This document shows, piece after piece, positions 1 to 8,711 of a stretch of 32,000 nucleotides of DNA. Under the pieces are notes generated by a model, which was given only the letters and a program-made list of their open reading frames with translations, made no database searches and was not told where the DNA came from. The position numbers and the translations under genes are program-made. Positions within the stretch are counted from its first letter, which is position 1. Each line of letters begins with the position of its first letter. Source of the stretch: Listeria riparia FSL S10-1204 (GTDB taxonomy: Bacteria > Bacillota > Bacilli > Lactobacillales > Listeriaceae); assembly GCF_000525995.1 (NCBI RefSeq), contig NZ_AODL01000007.1, positions 347,252 through 379,251 of the forward strand, read 5' to 3'.

Positions 1-1399
1 TAGTACCGCAATGATTTTTGCTGTAGTATTGCCATCGCTATCTGTTACTGCATACGTAACGTGATAAAGGCCTTCTTTGCTTGTATCTACATCATTGGCT
101 GTGATTTGGATGGCTTTCGTTAGGTCGCCGTCTTCTTTGTCTGTGGCACTTACTTCTGCTAACGGGTCGAATGTACCGCCTTTTTTCAGTGTATGGTCTG
201 TTGCTGTAATTGTTGGGGCATCATTGCTCGTTACTGTTACTGTAATGGTTTTCGTCGTCGTGTTGTTATCACTATCTGTAACGGCATACGTGACGTGATA
301 GGTGCCTTCTTTGCTTGTGTCTACGTCATTGGCTGTAATTTGAATATCTTTTGTTATATCGCCATCTTCTTTGTCTGTTGCGCTCACATCAACTGTTGCA
401 TCGAATGCTCCGCCTTTTTTCAATGTATGGTCTGTTGCTGTAATAATTGGCGCGTCATTACTTGTCACCGTTACTGTAATCGTTTTTGTTGTTTTATTAT
501 TGTCGCTGTCTGTAACGGTATACGTAACATGATAGGTGCCTTCTTTGCTTGTGTCTACATCATTGGCTGTGATTTGGATATCTTTTGTTATGTCACCGTC
601 TTCTAAGTCTGTTGCACTCACATCCGTCAGTGGATTAAAAGTATCCCCTCTTTTTAATGTATGATCTGTTGCTGTAATCGCTGGAGCGTCATTACTTGTC
701 ACTGTTACTGTGACCGTTTTTGTTGTTTTGTTGTTATCACTATCTGTAACGGCATACGTAACATGATAGGTGCCTTCTTTGCTTGTGTCTACATCATTGG
801 CTGTGATTTGGATGTTTTTTGTTAAATTACCATCTTCTTTTATCTGTTGCACTTACGTCGGCTAGCGGATCAAATGTACCACCTTTTTTCAATGTATGGT
901 CTTCGGCTATGATGGTCGGAGCGTCATTACTTGTCACGGTTACTGTTATTGTTTTTGTCGTTTTATTGTTGTCGCTATCTGTGACGGCATAGGTAACATG
1001 ATAAGTGCCTTCTTTACTTGTGTCTACATCGTTGGCTGTGATTTGGATGTTTTTTGTTAAATTACCATCTTCTTTATCTGTTGCACTTACGTCGGCTAGC
1101 GGATCAAATGTGCCGCCTTTTTTCAATGTATGGTCTTCGGCTATGATAGTCGGAGCGTCGTTACTAATTACTGTTACAGTTATACGTTTAGTCACTACAT
1201 TCCCATCACTATCTGTGACGCTGTATGTGACATGGTACACGCCTTCTTTCGTTGTGTCCACATCATTTTCTGTTATTTTTACACTAGTTGTAAGATTGCC
1301 GTCTTCTATATCTGTAGCACTAACTCCAGTTAATGGGTTAAATGTTGCACCTTTTTTAAGTGTTTGATCAGATGCTTCGATGGTTGGTGCATTGTTTGC
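1..1399 (-). repeat. Tandem 234-bp (78-codon) coding repeats, at least 6 copies; the array runs off the left edge.
   Basis: The marker motif (a/g)gtgcc/aaggcc/cacgcc ttctt recurs at 67, 301, 535, 769, 1004 and 1238. Spacing is 234 bp every time except 235 bp across the extra T at 838-841. Confidence 0.95.
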
Positions 1400-2416
1400 G
1401 ATGACACTTAGCGTGACATCATTCGAGTAATTTGTATATTGTTCATCTGTAAAGCCTTTGTCTTGATGTGTGACAGTGGCTTGTGTTGTAATATTATTCG
1501 CTACAGTAGCACCTTTGACGTCAAATGTGACATGTTTTGTTGCATCTTTTTCAATGCTTCCAAGTGGAATAGACAAAATACGTGTGTTGCTATCGTAGGA
1601 ACCTGTTACAGATACGCCATCAACCATTGCCGTCGGTGAATCTAATGTTACTTCTTGTGGGATTGGAATAGTTAATGTTGTATTTTGGGAAGCCATGCCG
1701 CCTTCGTTTTTAGCATCAAAAGCGTAGGTTGCTGTTTTGTCTTTTTTCACGGATGTTTGATTTACTTGTCCAGCTACTGTTATAAAAGACTGCGTTGAAA
1801 AGACGATATTATCTAGCAAATTACCATTTGTAGGGTCCCCACCAACTGCTTCAAATTGGAAGCGTGTCGTTGTTTGACCTGCTGGAATGGTATAAGTTCC
1901 CGAATATGTTTTCCACGCATCCACAGATGTTGTCATGGTATCTATTAATTTCAAATCGCCAGGAGCACCAAATTTAACGGTAGCTGTGTCAGTAGTATGT
2001 CTTCCTCGGTGTTCTACTTGCCATCTCACCGTTGCACCTGGAGTTGTTGGGATGTCTTGATACAGTGCTGAAGCTTCATATGCATTTAATTCTGCATATT
2101 GCTCTCCGTCTGCAGCGTCTCTGTTTTCATTATGATTTTGAATTTCGATTAAGCCATCGGATGCCGTCGTCTTCCAACCTGGAACTTCTGATTGATCAAA
2201 CGTTTCCCATGTTCCATATTTAACTGCTGGCTGTTCAAAACTACCATTTTCCAAACTGATTACTTCGATAGGTGGCTTTGGTACTCCGTGAACGTTCGTT
2301 GTCGCTGCATGTGCAATCGGCTCTTTTAGTACGTTATACGGTAATGATGTGTTTCCAGTGAGAACTACTGATGCTATCATGGTTCCTGCTGCAATTTTAA
2401 CGATGTTTTTATTCAT
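1..2416 (-). CDS. Large secreted repeat surface protein/adhesin. Partial: the 3' end lies beyond the window, and the frame is broken by a 1-nt indel at 838-841.
   Basis: ATG at 2416 is preceded by GGAGGGG. The N-terminus MNKNIVKIAAGTMIASVVLTG...AHAATT is signal-peptide-like. It is followed by a jelly-roll/CBM-like domain (ENGSFEQP...GNLLDNIVFST) and a DUF11-like segment. Then come 78-aa Ig-like (DUF5011-type) repeats with the pattern SNDAPTI..DHTLKKGGTFDP...SATDKEDGNLT...DVDTSKEGTYHVTY.VTDSDNN. The track ORF (827..2416) stops at 827-829 only because GAT AAA GAA GAT GGT of the neighbouring repeat (1066-1080) reads GAT AAA AGA AGA TGG TAA here, with T4 at 838-841 instead of T3. The repeats continue in frame on the minus strand to base 1. 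Confidence 0.85.
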
Positions 2417-2607
2417 TAAATTTACCCCTCCAATTTTCTTAATTTATGTTTCATTGTTAATTTATTAGGAAAAACCGTCTATCGGTGGTATTTCGTCATA
2501 ATATAACAAATAAACTCCTTCTATGTGTATACAGAAAATATAGCCATATCAATGAAGTATCACTAAAATTTCTCGTTATACCTATGAAAAACCGTAGTTT
2601 CTCAAAA

Positions 2608-2898
2608 TCACACGCATGCATTAATCAGCATTATTCCTTTAGAACGAACGTGTTTATTTATTTTAGAAATTAATGCTTGTCGACTAATAACAACGGGTTT
2701 GCTTATCTCTCGTTCTCCATCTATACCGTTGTATTCTCTAGTCACCAAAAAATTAATATGATCCACTTTTCGAATGACGTATTCTTCTCCTTCAAATTCA
2801 CCACATCGAATATACAGTGAAGCCACGAAGTGTAACATTTCTGTGTATGACGCTTGATCTTGTAGCTCTACTTGTAAAAAATGCTCCATGGTGTCCAT
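2608..2898 (-). CDS. Hypothetical 96-aa protein, co-transcribed with the upstream GT2.
   Basis: ATG at 2898 is preceded by AAGGAG at 8-nt spacing, and this SD overlaps the stop of the upstream GT2 gene. I recognise no motif. Confidence 0.55.
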   Translation of the reverse strand: MDTMEHFLQVELQDQASYTEMLHFVASLYIRCGEFEGEEYVIRKVDHINFLVTREYNGIDGEREISKPVVISRQALISKINKHVRSKGIMLINACV

Positions 2899-2910
2899 TT
2901 GTATCGCTCC

Positions 2911-3876
2911 TTATCCAATTTTCCTTGATTCATCATTTCGGTAAACAACGCCATCTACTTGCGATTCTACAAAATAAAGCGGACGATTTTTTGTCTCCAT
3001 AAAGATGCGTCCAATGTATTCGCCTAATAAGCCGATGCTCACAAGTTGAATAGCGCCTATAAACAATACAACTGTAATAATACTCGTTGTACCACTCGGT
3101 GACTTACCAAGAAAAATGCTTTCAAAGAAAAAGAACAATAGCATTAGAAGACAGAGAACTATAATACTCGCACCAGCAATGGCAGACAAACGCAACGGTG
3201 CCACAGAAAATGATGTAATTCCATCAATAGCCAACTGTACCAATTTTCGATAATTCCATTTTGTTGCACCTGCAACGCGTGCATCTCGTTCAAATAAGAT
3301 TTCCTTCTTCTTAAAGCCAACGAAACAAAATAAACCTTTTGTATAGCGTTGTGATTCTCGCAATTCTTTCAATGCTTCAATACATTTTTTATCTAGTAAG
3401 CGAAAATCTCCTGTGTCTTTTGGGATATCAATGGTCGATATTTTTTGTAATACCTCATAATATTTTTTGGAGGACCATTTTTTAAACCAAGTTTCCCCCT
3501 TGCGCGAAATTCGTTTGGCGTAAACGTCTTCATAGCCATCTTCCCAATATTCCAACATTTGGACAATCAGCTCTGGTGGGTCTTGTAAATCTGCATCTAG
3601 CAAAATCGTGGCATCTCCACAAGCATGATCAAATCCTGCTATCATGGCTATTTCTTTCCCGTAATTCCGCGACAAATTAACAAATCCCACGCGCTGATCC
3701 TGCCTTTGAAAGCTATGAATGATGTCTAATGTTGCATCTGTACTACCATCGTTCACAAACAAGAATGAAAAGCGGTAAGTGGCTAACTGGCTCGCTATAC
3801 GCTTCAAACGCTCATAAAGATACGGCAACGCTTCTTGTTCATTATAAGTTGGTATCAAAATACAAATTTGTTTCAT
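2911..3876 (-). CDS. GT2 polyprenyl-phosphate glycosyltransferase (GtrB/CsbB-like).
   Basis: Family hallmarks are present: ILIPTYNEQEAL, FVNDGSTD, LDADLQDPPE and DTGDFRLL. The C-terminus has two TM helices followed by LGEYIGRIFMETKNRPLY. Length is 321 aa. Confidence 0.9.
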   Translation of the reverse strand: MKQICILIPTYNEQEALPYLYERLKRIASQLATYRFSFLFVNDGSTDATLDIIHSFQRQDQRVGFVNLSRNYGKEIAMIAGFDHACGDATILLDADLQDPPELIVQMLEYWEDGYEDVYAKRISRKGETWFKKWSSKKYYEVLQKISTIDIPKDTGDFRLLDKKCIEALKELRESQRYTKGLFCFVGFKKKEILFERDARVAGATKWNYRKLVQLAIDGITSFSVAPLRLSAIAGASIIVLCLLMLLFFFFESIFLGKSPSGTTSIITVVLFIGAIQLVSIGLLGEYIGRIFMETKNRPLYFVESQVDGVVYRNDESRKIG

Positions 3877-3890
3877 TTGACAAACTCCTT

Positions 3891-4451
3891 TTATGAATTA
3901 GATATCTTTTTCATTGCGTACTCATCTAATTTTTCCATATTTAAAATCATCCATGGTTTTGGCTTTACGCGAATAATGCCAGCCTCAATCATTTTTCGTA
4001 ATAATAAGGAGACGTATTCTCTTTTTAGGTTACAGTAATCTGCTAAATCATATTGTGTAAATGCAGGTGCTATTTGTATACCTTTTTCCACATGTGTGCC
4101 AAATTTGTTTGCTAATTGTTTTAAGCACAGGCAAAGTCTCATTGGTGCGCTCCACTTATATTCATCCAGCCGTTCTAACAACTGTCGATTATAAATTTTG
4201 ATGCACGATTCCATACTGATTTGGCTGATGCGCTGTTTCTCCAATTGGACTTCTGTTTTGGCGTAGAAAATAATACCCTCATTCACCAAATTTGTTAGGA
4301 TGAAATCACCTGCCGCTAAATAGCTAATGATGCTCCCCGAATTGCTTCTCATGACTACAATGCCACGTTTAATGATAAAAAAGTTATTACTACTATGAAA
4401 AGCCATATCTTGTTTTTCTGAAAATGTCATTTCCGACCAATCGTGGTACAT
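3891..4451 (-). CDS. Crp/Fnr (PrfA-like) family transcriptional regulator.
   Basis: An N-terminal beta-roll-like region is followed by a C-terminal HTH (YDLADYCNLKREYVSLLLRKMIEAGII). I chose the ATG at 4451 (MYHDW) because GGAGGAGGAAG lies just upstream. The track start at 4469 is a TTG inside that SD. Confidence 0.75.
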   Translation of the reverse strand: MYHDWSEMTFSEKQDMAFHSSNNFFIIKRGIVVMRSNSGSIISYLAAGDFILTNLVNEGIIFYAKTEVQLEKQRISQISMESCIKIYNRQLLERLDEYKWSAPMRLCLCLKQLANKFGTHVEKGIQIAPAFTQYDLADYCNLKREYVSLLLRKMIEAGIIRVKPKPWMILNMEKLDEYAMKKISNS

Positions 4452-4483
4452 CCCATCTTCCTCCTCCAACTATTCCAAGCAGT

Positions 4484-5562
4484 CTACTCTTTTGAAGCGA
4501 AAGACTGGATAATCTGATCTGTTGTATATTTTTCTTTGCTCACCAATTTTCGCACTGCTATTTTTTCATAAAATGCTGCTTCCGTTAATAATCGTGTTAG
4601 CCAGTCTATAATCTGTATCTTTGAAGAACCTATAAAAACGCTTGGGCCATGACTTCCACCCATAGCCTTTACTGAGGTTTCTTGAACGACCAAGACCGGT
4701 GTATGCAATGCTTCGGCAACTTCTAAGCAATCACTACTATCAGTGATAATTAGCCATGCTCGATTCACGAATTGTTGTTTTTCTAATATGTGAAAAGGTT
4801 GCACAAAATAAATCTGTTGTTGTCCTTTCAAAATCTCATTTGCTAGTTCCATAATGGTCGCTGTCAATTTTATCGGAATTACGACAATCACTTCTTTGTG
4901 GATGTCTGTAATTTGTTTAAGTCCTTGAAATATTTTTTTAAGCACTTTTTTTTTTGATCTGTTTTACCTTGGTAGTCTACTAAAATCATCTTTTTGTGCG
5001 CACTTTCTTCAGCAAGGAAAAGGGTGTCATGTCTAGTAACAATCGTTTGTAATGATTCTTCCAAGCCTAAAATCATTTCTTGTTTCGCTAATGACCCTAT
5101 TAAATCTTTACTTGTACTCCCCAAGAAAGCATTTTCGTCTTCTTGGTATATCGCTGGCCCCTTGACTTGGGTGACTGGAATACCATTGTAATAAGAGGAA
5201 AGCGTTGCTGCAAAAGCGATTCGTGTATTACCGCAAACAATTGTCGAAACTATTTTTTCACGCTTGACGATTTCAGTTAAGTCGTTCAATGCCCAACCAG
5301 TAAGCTGATCTAAGTTCTGATGCTCATCTGCGGTAATTGGTAATGTGTAATGGACCTTCACTTGAAATAATGCTAAAATGTCTTGCATCACTTGAGCCGT
5401 CTCCAGTTGCTCGGAGATAACAATGACTGGTATGACATTTTCTATACGTTCTAGTTTCTGAATCACGGGACATATTCGCATCGCTTCTGCAGGTGTATCA
5501 AATACCATCATTATTCTTTTCGTGTGGGAAACTCCATTTGTTTTCTTTAACATTTTTTTCAT
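4484..5562 (-). CDS. Degenerate UDP-N-acetylglucosamine 2-epimerase (WecB/MnaA)-like protein, split at a T10/A10 homopolymer.
   Basis: The two track ORFs (4888..5571 and 4484..4945) together span about 359 aa. Both are collinear with MnaA from memory: IMMVFDTPAEAMRICPV against VFGTRPEAIKMAPL, IVCGNT against VHGDT, and LIITDSSDCLEVAEALHTPVLVV against [22 protein letters not shown]. The frames switch inside the run 4946-4955, and one extra A on the coding strand would fuse them. The ATG at 5562 has GAAGGTG 7 nt upstream. Confidence 0.6.
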
Positions 5563-5579
5563 GATGGTCACCTTCTTTT

Positions 5580-6467
5580 TTAGTTACTTGATATTTGGCG
5601 ATCATTTAGTTTTTGCTCTGGGCGATTGTTGCCGTCTAATTGTTTTGTCAAATCGCTTAGTTGTTGTTTCGACATTGTGATTGGTTTTTCGTATACGAAC
5701 CATGACACGCCTTCTGTTGTTGCTGGTGTTGTCAATGAGCCATCATATTCATATATTTTGCTATCCGCTGTAATAAGTCCAAGTGTACTGATAGCTTGTT
5801 TCATTGCTACTGTTTTACCATTTTCAGAAGATGCAACGACACTCGTCAAATCACCTATTGCTTGATTTTTCTCGCCTTCTTTAACAAAAACGCTGATGAT
5901 TGCCACTTTGTTGTCTGCCGAAACGTGTTTTAGTTGTAATTCAGCTGCGTAATTTTTACCGTCTAGTTGGTGTTCGCTAGGTGTATGAATATTGATTTCT
6001 TTTAGTGTGTAGTCTTTTTTAGCGACTGTAATTTTACTGTCAGCTCTTCCTTTTGCTGGCTGAGCGACCACTTGTACCATCTTATCTTTACGTGTCACTT
6101 TAAACATTGTTGGTTGATATTTATAGCCAATGCTTACTTTTGCTTTGTCTTCTTTAGCATCTTTTGTTTCGATATTGATTGGTGATTGCTTTTTACCTGT
6201 GTCACTAATTTTGTATTCTGGTTTGATAGAACCCCAATGTGTCGGTCCTGTGCTACCTGAATAAGACCAGTCCAGTAAAGCTTTTTCGTCCGTTTTTGCA
6301 GTATCTTTTGTTGTATCCTTTGTTGTGTCTTTTGTTGTCTCCGTTGTTTTTGTATCTTCTTTCTTTTTGTCACTGCTAGCTGTGTCTGTGTTACCACAAG
6401 CTCCTAAAACTAATAAACTACTTGTTGCTACTGCTACTAGTGATACTGCCATACTTTTCTTTACCAT
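5580..6467 (-). CDS. Alpha-carbonic-anhydrase-like lipoprotein, predicted non-catalytic because zinc ligands are substituted.
   Basis: ATG at 6467 lies after GAGG. The lipobox is LLVLGAC, followed by a T/K/D-rich linker (KDTTKDTTKDTAK). The alpha-CA hallmarks are THWG, KKQSPINI, PSEH, YAAEL, GSLTTP, TEGVSW and NNRPEQKLNDR. However, FHFH reads INIH and ELHLVH reads ELQLKH. Confidence 0.8.
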   Translation of the reverse strand: MVKKSMAVSLVAVATSSLLVLGACGNTDTASSDKKKEDTKTTETTKDTTKDTTKDTAKTDEKALLDWSYSGSTGPTHWGSIKPEYKISDTGKKQSPINIETKDAKEDKAKVSIGYKYQPTMFKVTRKDKMVQVVAQPAKGRADSKITVAKKDYTLKEINIHTPSEHQLDGKNYAAELQLKHVSADNKVAIISVFVKEGEKNQAIGDLTSVVASSENGKTVAMKQAISTLGLITADSKIYEYDGSLTTPATTEGVSWFVYEKPITMSKQQLSDLTKQLDGNNRPEQKLNDRQISSN

Positions 6468-6490
6468 AAATAAAAACCTCACTTTTTTTA

Positions 6491-7779
6491 TTACTCGGCG
6501 ACACGTTCTGTTTTCGCCCAAGCTTCTTTTTTTGTTGTTTGTCTCCAAAATGCGAGCCAAATACTCGGAATCGCTAATAAATTATAGATTGGCATGAACA
6601 AACCTGCGCCAATACATTGTAAAAGGGAAATGCCATCCTGATCTTTACGACCTAGTTCATAGTGATAAATGCACCACACCAACCCTGGTCCAAAAATCAA
6701 ACCAACGATAACCAATAAGGCACCCCAGTCTTGCGGTGTATTTGAAAATCCTGCACCCCAATCGACTGATCGGAAAAAGATTAGCATCAAGGCCCATGAA
6801 ATAATCATGATGATACTACCTAACAAGTTAATCCATGGCTGCGCCAAAAAATAATAAATGTCCAGCTTTGAAGCGCTACTCAATGTATCGGATTTTCTTA
6901 TTTCTTGCAGTCGCTTAATAGACTGAATGTTGCCTTGTACCCATCGTGCTCGTTGGCGAATAAATTTTTTGACAGATGTTAGACCTTGTTGGTACACTAC
7001 TGCTTCACCAATATACTTACTTTTCCAACCTTTCAGTAAAATAGATAACCCAAGATCAAAATCTTCTAACAAACATTTCGACCATGGTGTACTGCCTAAT
7101 TCAATTAGTGCGCTTAGTCGTGTAAACTGTCCGTTTCCGCCCAAGCCTACACTTTCTGTATATTCGCGACTATTTTGGATGGCTGCAACGGTAGAATAAA
7201 ATTCAATATCTTGCATCATCGGCAAAATACTTCTGCGATTTGTAATGCGAATCCGTGCTTGTGCTGCACCAACAGCTGTATCTCGAAATATCCGATTTGC
7301 TTCTGTTAGCAAATTATCACTTGGACGTCCGTCGCCATCAATAACAGTAATAATAAGGTTATCCGGATTTCTATTTAAACGTCTTGCTGCTTTTGTTATT
7401 TTTGTATAGGCATAATTTAATGACTCACCTTTTCCTAATTGCGCATTTGGTTTTTTGCGTTCAATCACTCGAACATTAGGAAGTTTCATTTGACGAACAG
7501 TTGCCACTGTACTATCATCCGAATCATCGTCTATGACAATGACCATCTTCTTTTTATAAGATAAGGCTAAAATTGAACGAATTGTCTTTTCAATTACCAC
7601 TTCTTCATTCAAGCAAGGAATTAAAAATACATATTCTAATTCGCTATCGTCTTCTTCACTGATTTTTTTTCTTTTTTTCCTGCAAAAGGTGGGAGTAGTA
7701 AAATTAAGCTCGTATATGAAAAATAAATAAATATGAGAAACACGCTCACTCCTGCCATAATTGCTAATAAAGCATTCAT
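6491..7779 (-). CDS. Processive family-2 glycosyltransferase (polysaccharide-synthase type, QxxRW), with the frame broken in an A7-G-A8 tract.
   Basis: ATG at 7779 follows GGAGG and encodes an N-terminal TM helix (MNALLAIMAGVSVFLIFIYFSYTSLILLL). This frame stops after the poly-A tract (7663-7670 and 7672-7678 on the plus strand). The -1 frame continues ..KKISEEDDSELEYVFLIPCLNEEVV into the track ORF 6491..7612. Motifs present are VIDDDSDD, VIDGDG, LEDFDL (TED-like) and QRARW, plus C-terminal TM helices. The reconstructed protein is about 429 aa. Confidence 0.85.
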
Positions 7780-7811
7780 ATATTTCCTCCTTCAGGTTCT
7801 TTGTGACCGTT

Positions 7812-8427
7812 TTACTTTGTCACAGGTTGAAGTATTACAACTTCACGACTTTGATAGCCGTCTTGTGACCTATCAAATGAGCCTGTACATGAGATGAGCG
7901 TGACTTTATTTCCTTTTGTTGTGTCCATTAACTCTTGTGGAAAGTCTTTAACTGCGTAAGAATTTTTTGGATTTTACTTGAAATTCTTTTTTTGTATTAT
8001 CGGCATATCCAATCGTTACTTTTTCACCTACAGAAATATCCTCCAAGTATTTAAACAAACCTAGCTCACCACCCCAATCACGGTGTCCAGCAATGATTGC
8101 ATTGCCTTTATCCCCTGGTGATGGTCCATATTTATACCAATACACGGCATCAATTCCATCAGGTACTTCCATCCTTCCATCTTTGTCCGTACCTACTGGC
8201 CGAACTGGATTTTGGATTTGTGTTTTTGTTCCTTGACGAAATGTTATTTGCACTGGTGCTATACTTTTTTGTTTCGTTTTTGGCTGATTTTGAGGGATTG
8301 TTGCTATTTCTTTCGTTTGGTTGCCTTTTGGAAGCGTTTCTGAGTTAGCATTAACATAGTCAAAAGCGATAATAGCACTGACTAAAAGTAATAGAACACA
8401 TGCCGCCGCAATAATCCTTTTCCTCAT
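7812..8427 (-). CDS. Sortase-family transpeptidase (accessory; class not assignable by eye), with the frame broken at a T6/A6 run.
   Basis: There is an N-terminal TM anchor (RIIAAACVLLLLVSAIIAF) and the His motif IIAGHRD. The track ORF ends at 7948. Shifting frame at 7963-7968 gives ..SYAVKDFPQELMDTTKGNKVTLISCTGSFDRSQDGYQSREVVILQPVTK*. That tail contains the catalytic TLxxC cysteine and the conserved Arg. The stop is at 7812-7814. Confidence 0.85.
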
Positions 8428-8678
8428 TCGCCTTCCCGTCCTTTCACAGACTGATCTTTATAGAAAGCAACAAAAGCACCATGGTAAGGCAACATTCGAA
8501 TGTAACCTTCACCGCTTAATTTCGTAATCGCCGCACGAATTGGTGTGCGACTCATATTTAATTCATGCGCTAAATCTTGCTGACTAACGAAATCCCCCAT
8601 CTTAAATCGATTCTCTTTAATGCATTTCAAAACATGTGCATATGCGACTTCTTCCAGTCGTGGTCTTTTATCTTTCAT
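8424..8678 (-). CDS. GntR-type winged-HTH protein with the DNA-binding domain only (84 aa).
   Basis: The sequence VSQQDLAHELNMSRTPIRAAITKLSGEGYI matches the GntR N-terminal HTH pattern, and there is no effector domain. Its stop overlaps the sortase ATG (ATGA), which suggests translational coupling. Confidence 0.7.
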   Translation of the reverse strand: MKDKRPRLEEVAYAHVLKCIKENRFKMGDFVSQQDLAHELNMSRTPIRAAITKLSGEGYIRMLPYHGAFVAFYKDQSVKGREGE

Positions 8679-8711
8679 AACATTTATTCACTCCATAAAA
8701 TGAATTCCTTT

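Noticed and set aside
77-1367. Plus-strand track ORFs 77..298, 193..606, 1005..1367 and 1130..1333, which are Cys/Val-rich.
   Set aside because: They are antisense shadows of the 234-bp coding repeats on the minus strand. Their sequence is repetitive low-complexity with no SD and no plausible protein features.
1-1399. Regularly spaced repeats that might suggest a CRISPR array.
   Set aside because: The period is 234 bp and the whole unit is repeated, so there are no unique spacers. The array is in-frame protein-coding Ig-like repeats. No cas genes are present.
6134-6597. Track ORFs 6134..6397 (-) and 6325..6597 (+), and the long N-terminal extension of the CA-like ORF (to 6560).
   Set aside because: These are alternative frames through the low-complexity T/K/D linker. 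The extension would overlap the upstream GT2 gene. The internal ATG at 6467 has a GAGG SD and is followed directly by a lipoprotein signal peptide.
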